A stretch of DNA of 64,000 nucleotides, taken from positions 256,012 to 320,011 of the forward strand of contig NIVC01001143.1 of NCBI GenBank assembly GCA_002269645.1. The letters are read 5' to 3'. Numbering within the stretch: the first letter of the stretch is position 1; each line of letters begins with the position of its first letter. Position numbers and translations under genes: made by a program. This DNA comes from Macrostomum lignano. Its lineage: Eukaryota. Shown one piece after another: positions 1 through 13,793 of this stretch. Below the pieces are notes generated by a model that was given only the letters and a program-made list of their open reading frames with translations, had not been told where the DNA came from and did not search any database.

Positions 1-826
1 ACCAGGTGTCCTGAACCAGGTGTCCTGAACCAGGTGTCCTGAACCAGGTGTCCTGAACCAGGTGTCCTGAACCAGGTGTCCTGAACCAGGTGTCCTGAAC
101 CAGGTGTCCTGAACCAGGTGTCCTGAACCAGGTGTCCTGAACCAGGTGTCCTGAACCAGGTGTCCTGAACCAGGTGTCCTGAACCAGGTGTCCTGAACCA
201 GGTGTCCTGAACCAGGTGTCCTGAACCAGGTGTCCTGAACCAGGTGTCCTGAACCAGGTGTCCTGAACCAGGTGTCCTGAACCAGGTGTCCTGAACCAGG
301 TGTCCTGAACCAGGTGTCCTGAACCAGGTGTCCTGAACCAGGTGTCCTGAACCAGGTGTCCTGAACCAGGTGTCCTGAACCAGGTGTCCTGAACCAGGTG
401 TCCTGAACCAGGTGTCCTGAACCAGGTGTCCTGAACCAGGTGTCCTGAACCAGGTGTCCTGAACCAGGTGTCCTGAACCAGGTGTCCTGAACCAGGTGTC
501 CTGAACCAGGTGTCCTGAACCAGGTGTCCTGAACCAGGTGTCCTGAACCAGGTGTCCTGAACCAGGTGTCCTGAACCAGGTGTCCTGAACCAGGTGTCCT
601 GAACCAGGTGTCCTGAACCAGGTGTCCTGAACCAGGCGTCCTGAACCAGGCGTCCTGAACCAGGTGTCCTGAACCAGGTGTCCTGAACCAGGTGTCCTGA
701 ACCAGGTGTTCTGAACCAGGTGTCCTGAACCAGGTGTCCTGAACCAGGCGTCCTGAACCAGGTGTCCTGAACCAGGTGTCCTGAACCAGGTGTCCTGAAC
801 CAGGTGTCCTGAACCAGGTGTCCTGA
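1..826. repeat. 14-bp minisatellite (accaggtgtcctga)n, ~59 near-perfect copies, truncated by window edge; probably intronic in the SHIP-like gene
   Basis: Direct 14-bp periodicity with a few variants (gcgtcc, gtgttc). Confidence 0.97.
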
Positions 827-1356
827 AGTCCATCTTCGACCAATTTCGTGTCTTCTTTAGCAATAAAATATGCAATTTAAACCTGAAGTCCATCTTCTTT
901 AATAATTATATTTCCTAAAATCCATAAGGCCGCGGTGCAGCCAAGGACCACTGTATATAGTTATATTCAGTGGTCCTTGGGTGCAGCAGCCACGTGACTT
1001 GGCGACGAAGACAGAAAAATTCCACAGGCTTGCGACGCTTTGGTTCGCAGCGCCCGGGACGCCCGCCTCCCAGTCGAGGGAGCGGCAGCTGTTGCAAATT
1101 AGCTGCGCACCCCGCCGAGTTCCTGGAACTCCGCGGCTGAGTTGCGATTTTTAATTTGCAAAATTCCCCCATCAGCCAAATGCGCGCAAGGCAGAAAGGT
1201 GACTGTCTGCCTGAAGGCTTGCAGTCCGCTTTGCAGGACATTGGGACGGATAAGGCAAGCGGATGCGGGTGGGCAGCTCGGTCTGAACCTCAGCCTGGAC
1301 CAGAGCTGCACCGCAGCAGTGACCGCCAGCGGTTGAATTGCTTATTGAACCAGACC

Positions 1357-1714
<358 letters not shown>

Positions 1715-1723
1715 CGCGCTCAC

Positions 1724-4700
1724 CCATATTCCAGGTGCCAGCAAACACGGACAGGGTGTCCGGGTCCAGCTCCCTGCTGTGAGTTCGCCGCATGTGGGTG
1801 ACCAGCTGGCAAAAGAGCTCCCGCTCGCGAAAGTCCCTGAACAGAAAGGAGTCCTTTTTTCTGTGCTCGCACTTCAGCTGCAGCAGGCACTTGTTGGTGG
1901 TGGACTTGATCACTCTCAGGACTGCAAAAAAGCGGTGGCAGGAGTCACGTGATTTGGGGTTGGAACTTCCTACCTAGCTGAGCTGTGACAGCATTCTTGA
2001 AACTATTTTCCCGTAAATTAATGAGTTTATTGACCCGCAGTTGACCCTTCGACTTGAGAGAGCAAATGAAACGGAAGCAAATCAATGGCCGCAAAGTCTT
2101 CGGCCGACTTTCCCGCTTAATATGAAACTTTCGACTACACTACAGCAGCGGGAGGCTAAGATGAAGGAGGCTGGGCACGGGAACTCAGGGGAATAGAGGG
2201 AGGGAGGACTCGAACCAACCAAGGAAATCGGCCGCCTCTGCAGGGTCGAAGCTCGCACCGCTCGGATTAGGGAGAATCAATAATTTAGCAATCAGCAGAG
2301 GCAGGCGGCAGTCCCCAGGCTTCCCCAGCCAGTTCAAAGACTACTAGCGGCATCTCTGTCCAGCATTTTTATTTACAACTACTTGAGCAGCTGAAGGTCC
2401 TTTGCAGGTCTCCACTGAGCCGGTCCTGTCATATTATTTCTGGCCACTAATTAGCAGCATCTCTAGGAGGGCTATTGGTAGCATCTGCATTCGTTTGCAT
2501 TATTCATTTCAAGGAGTACGGCTTGCCTACCCTGAGCCGGAAACTGCAACAGTTGCTCTGCGACAAAACTTTTCTGGGACATGATTATTGCACTCCTACC
2601 TGACTCCTACCTCACTAGCCACTGCAGTGTGAGCGTATTCTGTAGTTTAAAATGTTTAAAGTACAAAATCCAGACAATTAGACACGCCATTCCTTATCTT
2701 TACAATCTGAGAATTCGACTAAAACCCGCTCTCATTCCCATTAATTCCACCTTTTAATCCTAGCTTCTCACTAATGAAAGTATAGTTACCCAGCCCATAG
2801 ACTGCGGGCTGCCATAGTGGGTGTACATTGGTTAGGTTCTTCTACGAGTTATCTTTCCTTCCCTCTCACCAATGTACATTTAGCTCCTCGGCCCATAGAT
2901 TGCAGCCTGTCATAAGTGTGTATGTACACAATGGTTGGGGTCTTCTATATTTCCTTCCCTCTCACCAATGTACATTTAGCTTGGACTGCGGGCTGCTTAG
3001 TTAGTGTATGTACATTGGCTGGATTCTTCTAGCCTTTCTTCCCTCTAACAAATCTACCCTTAGCTTCCTCATAGACTGCGGGCTGTCATAGTGTATGTAC
3101 ATTCGTTATAGGGTCATCTATCTTTCCTTCCCTTTCACCAATGTACATTGCTTTACTGCAGACTGGGTTAAGAACGTTGGTCTATGTACATTAATTATAG
3201 CTTGGTTCTAGTAGTAAATTAGTAAATCCACAACCCCCCTTAAACTTTCTACTAAAACAAAATTAATAATTAATTTAGAAAATAATAACTTTACTTTTTT
3301 ACAAATGTTTAATATCATTCCTAGCCACCCTCCAATGACTGACCGCGGGCTGCCACAGTTAGTGTAACTGCATATAGGCAAACCAGACTGGTGCTACGTA
3401 CGGTAAGTGCACTTACTTTTATCGTGCGGAATAAAGGTGGTCTGTTCCAGGCTGATCTGGTTCGGCTTGATGAGGTGCAGGCGGCCCTGGCCAGGATCCA
3501 CCATGAGGAACAGGTCCTTCTGGCTCAGCTTGCCGGATGAAGACTTCACCTAAGGAAGGTTTCGAAAATTTCAATGCATTAAAAAGATTCGACAAACTTT
3601 TCCCGCCGCATCAGAATTCTAATAAAAGCAATTTCATCAAAAAACAAAATTCCAAAATGTAAAGTAGCCGAGGGATGGCGGCAGTTACCCCCGCCAAGAG
3701 TTTGAGCTGCTCCCATGTTGTGGAATGGGTGTCCCCTGTCCCCCAGCCGCTACCCCGACAGTCCCGCTGAGCCCGACGCAGTCAGCAGCCCGAGATGGAT
3801 GAGCTGAATTCCCATTTTAGATTTGCTCCCCCCTGTGTCTGAAAAAAGTTTGTCTCGGAGCGCAAAGTGCAGCATTGGAGGGGGGTCACCGCTGACCCCA
3901 CCGCCAATTTCAGCTTCATCGCTGCGACTCTCCAGCATCCGCTGGGATTTCCTTGCCGACACTCAATTTTGCAGCGCCCTGAAGGCGGCGCCCAAAACTT
4001 CCTATTGAGGGGGAAACTTTTCATAGTAAACACTGCATTAGAACCGAGACTCACTGCTCACTGGTCAATATCTTACTCAGGCCGGCAGCTCATTACTGGG
4101 CTCCGCGCACAGCTACTCATCCCTCACCCCGCGCATCATCCTGCATCGGGGACAAAAGGGAGCCGCCGACCCCCCAGTCTCTCCGCAGAAATATATTCCC
4201 CTCTCATTTCCCAACCAATTCTCCCAAAACTCAATAAGGCTACCCCAGGCCCCTGTTTGCCCACGCGGCTGCTCAGGCAGTGGAAAATCAATCTCAAGGT
4301 GGGCGCAGGAACCGACAGAGAAGCGGCAGCGGAGGTGCCGGGGGGGGGGGGTCAACTGCGCGCTCAGAAGTTGAAATTGCTCAGGGAAATTGAATTTCCC
4401 CTGTTCTCAAATCGAATTATCTTCTCATTCGGCATCAGCTGACTGACAGGTGGGCAGGTGATGCTGGGCGCAAGTTGCCCCGCGCCCGCGCACCCTCGCT
4501 GCTAATTCCAGCTTTCAGTGGGGAAGAGAGAAGTGTGGTGGGAGAGTGAAAGCGATGAAGTCAAGAGGCTGGGAGCTATGGGCGTTTAAGAGTCGCCACT
4601 TGATTGAGAGCGGGGTGAGGTAGTGAGTGTGGGAGGATAAAGTTGAGGGGATTTCAAGTTCCAAGGGATGAGGAATGGGCAGAGTCTCGCCCTCGCCCAG

Positions 4701-7700
4701 CCGGTGCCACCCAGCAGATGCCCTTTCGGGGCAGCAGCGGCGGCAGGCCGGCAGGCTAATTGGTTCAAGCGGCCGGCCTCTCCAGTTCCAACTGCGCACA
4801 ATATCGAAAAGCAGAAATATGAAGAGGAGAAAAGAAGAACAAGAAGAAAAGACAAGGCGGCGAAACATCAAATTAGTGCCTGGCCGGCGCGGTGCGGGCC
4901 TTCGCCTTCCTGCTGCTGCACTTGCCGCCCGGGAGCGCAGCTGGAAGTGGCGCCGCGGCCGGGCTGAACTCCGCCGCCCCCCCCCCCCTGCCAACCTGAC
5001 AGGCCGGCGCCTCCCGAGCAGAGGGCGGGAATTTCCTGAGGCTCCTGCGCTGCCCGTCTAAGGAGGGGGGCTTGGCAACTGATCGTGAATGAAATACATT
5101 CTGTGCCAGATATCACTGCCTGTGCCAGATATCAGTTCCTGTGCCAGATATCAGTGCCTGTGCCAGATATCAGTGCCTGTGCCAGATATCAGTTCCTGTG
5201 CCAGATATCAGTGCCTGTGCCAGATATCAGTGCCTGTGCCAGATATCAGTTCCTGTGCCAGATATCAGTTCCTGTGCCAGATATCAGTGCCTGTGCCAGA
5301 TTGCAGTGCCTGTGCCAGATATCAGTGCCTGTGCCAGATATCAGTGCCTGTGCCAGATATCAGTGCCTGTGCCAGATATCAGTTCCTGTGCCAGATATCA
5401 GTGCCTGTGCCAGATATCAGTGCCTGTGCCAGATATCAGTTCCTGTGCCAGATATCAGTGCCTGTGCCAGATATCAGTGCCTGTGCCAGATATCAGTTCC
5501 TGTGCCAGATATCAGTTACTGTGCCAGATATCAGTTCCTGTGCCAGATATCAGTGCCTGTGCCAGATATCAGTGCCCGTGCCAGATATCAGTTCCTGTGC
5601 CAGATATCAGTGCCTGTGCCAGATATCAGTGCCTGTGCCAGATATCAGTTCCTGTGCCAGATATCAGTGCCTGTGCCAGATATCAGTGCCTGTGCCAGAT
5701 ATCAGTGCCCGTGCCAGATATCAGTTCCTGTGCCAGATATCAGTGCCTGTGCCAGATATCAGTGCCTGTGCCAGATATCAGTTCCTGTGCCAGATATCAG
5801 TGCCTGTGCCAGATATCAGTGCCTGTGCCAGATATCAGTGCCTGTGCCAGATATCAGTGCCTGTGCCAGATATCAGTGCCTGTGCCAGATATCAGTTCCT
5901 GTGCCAGATATCAGTGCCTGTGCCAGATATCAGTGCCAGTGCCAGAAAATATCTATAGGCATTGAACTACCGGTACACATGAGCAGCGAAATTTAGAAGC
6001 CGGAAGAAAATTTAGAAGTGGCTTTTCAACACCTGTTCGCGCACATTATTTGCATCTCTTAGCAGCAACCAGCGGAAACCCGAGGCCCACCTACTCATTC
6101 CGCAATCTCTTCAAATCCACTGCGCAGAGGCCCCAGGTGCGCAGCTGAAGAGGCCTTGTTGTATAAATTGAAAAAATCAGAATCCTAGACTCCCACCGAG
6201 CTTTGGGTCCCTATAAAATTCTTTGTAAGTTCACGGCCGCGCTGCCATGGGAATAATTAACTCCTGAGAATTCTCGCCAGCCAACCCCATAAAAAAGCAT
6301 TGCTTTTTTCATCCGAAAACTGAAATTTACACAAAGCTTGCAGACTTTTCACACAACTGTTATCAAAATTTCACTTAACCTGCTTTGTTGGATTGGCAAT
6401 GCTTACTTACATAAATTCACACAATTTACTGATACAGATTCACACAATTTACTGATACAGATTCACACAATTTACTGATACAGATTCACACAATTTACTG
6501 ATACAGATTCACACAATTTACTGATACAGATTCACACAATTTACTGATACAGATTCACACAATTTACTGATACAGATTCACACAATTTACTGATACAGAT
6601 TCACACAATTTACTGATACAGATTCACACAATTTACTGATATGGATTCACACAATTTACTGATACAGATTCACACAATTTACTGATTCAGATTCACACAA
6701 TTTACTGATATGGATTCACACAATTTACTGATATGGATTCACACAATTTACTGATACAGATTCACACAATTTACTGATACAGATTCACACAATTTACTGA
6801 TATGGATTCACACAATTTACTGATATGGATTCACACAATTTACTGATACAGATTCACACAATTTACTGATATAGATTCACACAATTTACTGATACAGATT
6901 CACACAATTTACTGATACAGATTCACACAATTTACTGATACAGATTCACACAATTTACTGATATAGATTCACACAATTTACTGATACAGATTCACACAAT
7001 TTACTGATACAGATTCACACAATTTACTGATACAGATTCACACAATTTACTGATATGGATTCACACAATTTACTGATACAGATTCACACAATTTACTGAT
7101 ATAGATTCACACAATTTACTGATATGGATTCACACAATTTACTGATATAGATTCACACAATTTACTGATATGGATTCACACAATTTACTGATATGGATTC
7201 ACACAATTTACTGATATGGATTCACACAATTTACTGATATAGATTCACACAATTTACTGATATGGATTCACACAATTTACTGATACAGATTCACACAATT
7301 TACTGATACAGATTCACACAATTTACTGATATAGATTCACACAATTTACTGATATGGATTCACACAATTTACTGATACAGATTCACACAATTTACTGATA
7401 TGGATTCACACAATTTACTGATAAAGATTCACACAATTTACTGATACAGATTCACACAATTTACTGATATGGATTCACACAATTTACTGATATAGATTCA
7501 CACAATTTACTGATATAGATTCACACAATTTACTGATACAGATTCACACAATTTACTGATACAGATTCACACAATTTACTGATACAGATTCACACAATTT
7601 ACTGATAAAGATTCACACAATTTACTGATATAGATTCACACAATTTACTGATACAGATTCACACAATTTACTGACATAGATTCACACAATTTACTGATAT

Positions 7701-10700
7701 AGATTCACACAATTTACTGATATGGATTTACACAATTTACTGATACAGATTCACACAATTTACTGATACAGATTCACACAATTTACTGATACAGATTCAC
7801 ACAAATTACTGACATAGATTCACACAATTTACTGATATAGATTCACACAATTTACTGATATGGATTCACACAATTTACTGATACTGATTTACACAATTTA
7901 CTGATACAGATTCACACACTTTACTGGCATAGATTCACACAATCTACTGGCATAGATTCACACACTTTAACGATAAAAATGATTGTCACACACTTCTCAG
8001 CCAGCTTATCGAGCATAAAATCCTGCCTGCGGATTCAGTGAACCCAACTCAGAGCTCTCAGGCAGCCACTCGAATTCAAAACAAATTCCCCAATCAGGGA
8101 AGAAATTCCCACCCAGCCCCAGACTCTTCCAGCTAGGATAAGCAGCTGAGGCTCAGGTGAGGCTGCAGCCCAGCGCCAGCCCTGCCTGTGCTCAAGCAGC
8201 CATGCTAAATAGCTGTGCACCGAAACTACTCGACCGAGAGACGCCTCAAGCCTGCAGATTGTGTTTTCTTTCAGCTTGTATTTTGGAGCTGGCATGCCGA
8301 ACAAAGCAGCAGACAGGGGGGGGGGGGCTCTTGTAGCACCAACTCCACCCTCCTGCCACTCAAGCCCTGTCTGCTACATCCAAATATGAGAGGTGGGGGC
8401 GTCAGTTTGAAAGACGAATTGTTCGAGTTGCTTTTACAAAGCCAGGCAGAGAGCAAAGCGAGCCGGTGGTTGCTACACACAGTACGAGTGGAGTGCAGGG
8501 TTGACCTCGACTGGAGACACTGGAGGCGAGGCCCGATCGCCTTTGACCCCGCAGAGCCCGCACAGCCGCCTGGGCCGCCCAACCGGCTTCACTATCGCCA
8601 TTTCTCACTCTTAAAAGCAATTCTTAGCCCGTGCGACTTTTAGAGGAAAAGGGGGCGGGGCGGCCGATTTCCGACTGCGGGTGCGAAAAGGCGGGCAGGT
8701 CTCAGAGCTCACATTGGAGAACGAGAGGGGTTGGGAGGGGGAGCACAGCCCCGTTGTAGAGGCATGCCGCGGCAGCAATTAGCACATAATTTACTTGCTT
8801 TTTGAGAGCCGACTGTGCGCAGTGCGCATGCAAAATAAGCAGCGCTGCCGGCGGTTCAGGAAGCGACTTTGCATGAGTCAGCAGCCGCAGCCGCGGCACT
8901 TACACGCACGCACAGCGCACGGCTGCCCACCACCTAACTGTGGGAATCCCCTCTGCCCTGTGCTTAACCGCCGGGATCAACTCAGGCGGAACAGCGGGCC
9001 AACCACCCCGCCCCCCCTGCTGCCGTTGAAATCGCAGCATTGGACTGGCGCTCATCGGCTGCTGCTCAAATTTGAAGGATTTGCGCTGACAGGGACAAGA
9101 CGCATTGATAAATGAAGCCTGAACTAAGATCGCTTCATGCATATACTTTGCGTTATGCGCGAGCTGATGGGCCAAAGGCGAGGTATGAGGAGGGCGGCTA
9201 ACAAGGCGGCCGGCATCAAGGAGCCGCGGGCGGCCGGCCTTCGCCCCCTCCCCGCCTCTCTGTTTTGCATCAGAGTAAACAAGACAGCGGGTGGCGGAAG
9301 ACCGAACGACTTTCGCTGAGTAATCCGTCCCGGCCAGGGCATCGAACCCCCAACCCCACCCCCGGACACCCGGGCTGAGAGTGAGTCAGTCGGCCCGCCG
9401 GCTCTCTCTGCAACCGCGGCCAATTTCTTGGCTTATTAGCATAATTAGGTCCCGGCTTCGTGACGCGCTTTGATGATGTCGGGAGACACGGTGGAAATGC
9501 GACACCTCCTACTGCAGTCTGGCGTTGTCTGAGTTGAGCTGAGTCACGCTGATAGTCAGATGCAACACGGAACCGATGCAAAAAAGTTGGAAGAGTAACA
9601 GACACCACACAGTGAGGGGACAAATAGACACATCACAGTGAGGGGACCGACAGACACAACACAATGAGGGGACAGACAGACACATCACAGTGAGGGGACC
9701 GACAGACACAACACAATGAGGGGACAGACAGACACATCACAGTGAGGGGACAAATAGACACATCACAGTGAGGGGACCGACAGACACAACACAATGAGGG
9801 GACAGACAGACACATCACAGTGAGGGGACCGACAGACACAACACAATGAGGGGACAGACAGACACATCACAGTGAGGGGACCGACAGACACAACACAGTG
9901 AGGGGACAGACAGACAGACACATCACAATGAGGGGACAGACAGACACATCACAGTGAGGGGACCGACAGACAACACAATGAGGGGACAGACAGACACAAC
10001 ACAGTGAGGGGACAGACAGACACAACACAGTGAGGGGACAGACAGACACAGCACAGTGAGGGGACAGACAGACAGACACATCACAGTGAGGGGACCGACA
10101 GACACAACACAATGAGGGGACAGACAGACACATCACAGTGAGGGGACCGACAGACACAACACAATGAGGGGACAGACAGACACATCACAGTGAGGGGACC
10201 GACAGACAAAACACAATGAGGGGACCGACAGACAACACAATGAGGGGACAGACAGACACAACACAGTGAGGGGACAGACAGACACAACACAGTGAGGGGA
10301 CAGACAGACACAGCACAGTGAGGGGACAGACAGACACAACACAATGAGGGGACAGACAGACACATCACAGTGAGGGGACCGAAAGACACAACACAATGAG
10401 GGGACAGACAGACACAACACAGTGAGGGGACAGACAGACACAACACAGTGAGGGGACAGACAGACACAACACAATGAGGGGACAGACAGACACAACACGG
10501 TGAGGGGACAGACAGACAGACACAACACAGTTGAGGGGACAGACAGACACAACACGGTGAGGGGACAGACAGACACAACACGGTGAGGGGACAGACAGAC
10601 AGACACAACACAGTGAGGGGACAGACAGACACAACACGGTGAGGGGACAGACAGACAGACACAACACAGTTGAGGGGACAGACAGACACAACACGGTGAG

Positions 10701-13698
10701 GGGACAGACAGACACAACACGGTGAGGGGACAGACAGACAGACACAACACAGTTGAGGGGACAGACAGACACAACACGGTGAGGGGACAGACAGACACAA
10801 CACGGTGAGGGGACAGGCAGACACAACACAGTTGAGGGGACAGACAGACACAACACAGTGAGGGGACAGACAGACACAACACGGTGAGGGGACAGACAGA
10901 CAGACACAACACGGTGAGGGGACAGACAGACAGACACAACACGGTGAGGGGACAGACAGACAACACAGTTGAGTTGACAGACAGACACAACACAGTTGAG
11001 GGGACAGACAGACACAACACAGTGAGGGGACAGACAGACACAGCAGAGGATTAAAACACACATCCAGACACACATGTGGGAAAGGGCAGGCCCGTGAGCA
11101 GGCCATCAGACCATCAAAGAGAAGTGCACTCATGCAGAGCGCACCTCCCAGACATTCAACCTTTGCAAAGTTGTCTAACAGAATCAAAACTGTACCAAAG
11201 GACAGAGCAGTGAAGGAGTGCAGTAGTTCATGCCGCATTGCACCGGGGGGTGTCAGGTGACATCCCGTCAATACTGAGGACACGGGCCGCAGCTTCTCAT
11301 CAAACTGGTCAGAAGTTCTTTCATTGTCGCTGCAGGCTCACTAATGAATCGGTGATGAGGCCAGGGGTTGTCTCCCGTCTCCCTCCTCCCCAAGCCGCTG
11401 CTCCCGTAGACCTGGTGGCCGAACCCCCCCCGCCCCTCCGCCCCCCCCCCCCCCAGTGGCGGTCAGGTGAGAAACAAGCGGCAGAGGGGAGATACCAGGG
11501 AAATCCCATAGAAGCCCAGCCCGGGCTGTGGGGTGGGGAGCAGCGACCGGCGGGCCGGGTAAAAGTGCAGCCGCACTTGATCTGCTCAGCCCGTTGAGTA
11601 GGGAGGGCGCCTGCCTGGAGCTGCACCTGAACTCGTCCACCCCGGTCAATCAATTGAGAGAAGAGCTGGCGGCCGGAGTGGCCGGCTGGGGCTCACACGG
11701 CTGGGCCCCGGCTTAGCAGCCCCTGCCTTACCTTGCGCTACTGCAGAGATCGCAAGTCCAAAAATAGAGCGCGTGAGAGAGAGAAAGAGAGCGAAAAACA
11801 AGAAGGTCTCGAGTGGGAGAGGGTGAAAGCGGCAATGAAATTTAGTCGAGTACGATTGTGAAGTTTATTGCTCGTGTATGCAAAAGCCTTCGCGTGTTCC
11901 ATTTATAGTCATAGGCAAGACTAGCAATCCAATCTATTGCCTGGTTAGATTAGCAATCCACTCTATTCCCTCATCCACATTGGCTAGACTAGCAATCCAC
12001 TCTATTGCCTGGTTAGATTAGCAATCCACTCTATTCCGTCATCTACATTGGCTAGACTAGCAATCCACTCTGTTCCCTCATCCACATTGGCTAGACTAGC
12101 AATCCACTCTGTTCCCTCATCCACATTGGCTAGACTAGCAATCCACTCTATTGCCTGGCTAGACTAGCAATCCATTCTATTGACTCATCTGCATTGGCTA
12201 GACTAGCAATCCACTCTATTCCCTCATCCGCATTGGCTAGACTAGCAATCCACTCTATTGCCTGGCTAGACTAGCAATCCACTTTATTCCCTCATCCGCA
12301 TTGGCTAGACTAGCAATCCACTCTATTGCCTCATCCGCATTGGCTAGACTAGCAATCCACTCTATTCCCTCATCCGCATTGGCTAGACTAGCAATCCACT
12401 CTATTGCCTCATCCGCATTGGCTAGACTAGCAATCCACTCTATTGCCTCATCCGCATTGGCTAGACTAGCAATCCACTCTATTGCCTCATCCGCATTGGC
12501 TAGACTAGCAATCCACTCTATTGCCTCATCCGCATTGGCTAGACTAGCAATCCACACTATTCCCTCATCCGCATTGGCTAGACTAGCAATCCACTCTATT
12601 GCCTCATCCGCATTGGCTAGACTAGCAATCCACCACCGACTTGCTCGCACCTCGAACAGCGGCTTGGTGATATTTGAATGCGGCATGCGGCCTCTCCCAC
12701 CGCCACCGCCGCCGCCTTCAAAGCTGAGCTGGAAGGCCTGCGGGCAGTAGCCGCTGCCTCCGCCGCTGCCCGCGCTGCTGGCAGTGGCAACCGCGCCGTC
12801 CTCCGCGCCTGCCTCGCCGGCGGCGCCACCTCCTGGGTCCTCCGGCGTCGTCACCAGGAAGGAGCGCAAGGCGTCGCAGACTTTGTCCTCCAGCTTTTCG
12901 TACTGCGACTTGAGGCTGGAGACCCGCTCCAGCAGCTCGAAGATGTCGGCCCCGTCCAGCTGCGGGTGCGACAGAGTATTATGTCTAAACAATAGAATCT
13001 ATACTCATCTAATCACTATCTATAGTATGTCTCGTCAATGTCCATCCAATGCCCAATCAATGCCTATGCAATATGCATGCAAATTCTCTTATACTTGTAG
13101 TTTCCTATAGCTGCATGTGTTTAAAATATGTCGACCCTCAGCTGTAAGCAATCAAAAAAGATCCCCCATCTTGACATGAAAATCTTGGCAATGACTCGCA
13201 ATGACTCAGAGAATTCGCGAGCAATGAATAACGATCCTGGTTGAATCGCTGTAGCGCAGGGGCGATTTAACAGACAGATTGGCTTAATAACCCCCCCCCC
13301 GGTCACTGACTGACTCACGAGCTGCCTCACCCCAGATACTCCAATCGCTCAAGCCCAGTTTCTCAGACCCAGTCTGGCGTAAGTGCATCAACGATATAAG
13401 GTCATCCTCAATGCTGATCCCGGGATTTGATGATGCGCGGCTCTTCAAAGCAAATAACAGAAGGCAGGCGGGCGGGCCCGTGACTCACCGATCTCTTGTT
13501 CAGCTGGGAGGCCTTCGTGCCGCAGAACAGCTCGGAGATCAGCTCCAGCAGCAGCTCAAAGTAGCGCACTTCGCTGCGAATAAATTTTGTGGAGGCTTTG
13601 TCGTGATTTTCTAAGAAATATCGACACAATATGTTTATATGATACTTTATGAAGGCCTGTCTTGTCTCTCTGTTATAGTGAATGTCTCTGCCTTAGTC

Positions 13699-13793
<95 letters not shown>

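Noticed and set aside
5085-5996. Three ~300-aa Cys-rich ORFs resembling a keratin-associated or metallothionein-like protein
   Set aside because: A stop-free 19-bp unit opens all three frames; antisense to and inside a SHIP intron.
9465-9560. C/D-box snoRNA-like TGATGA...CTGA
   Set aside because: Imperfect C box, no terminal stem, no recognisable rRNA antisense element.
9509-11283. Cys/Val-rich ORFs up to 400 aa
   Set aside because: Translation of the 26-bp GACA-based array.
12255-12650. SHIP exon read-through into a WIASLANADEAIE repeat tail
   Set aside because: A phase-compatible GT donor at 12650 joins exon 3549 to give the conserved FEVK motif; the tail is a 39-bp intronic array.
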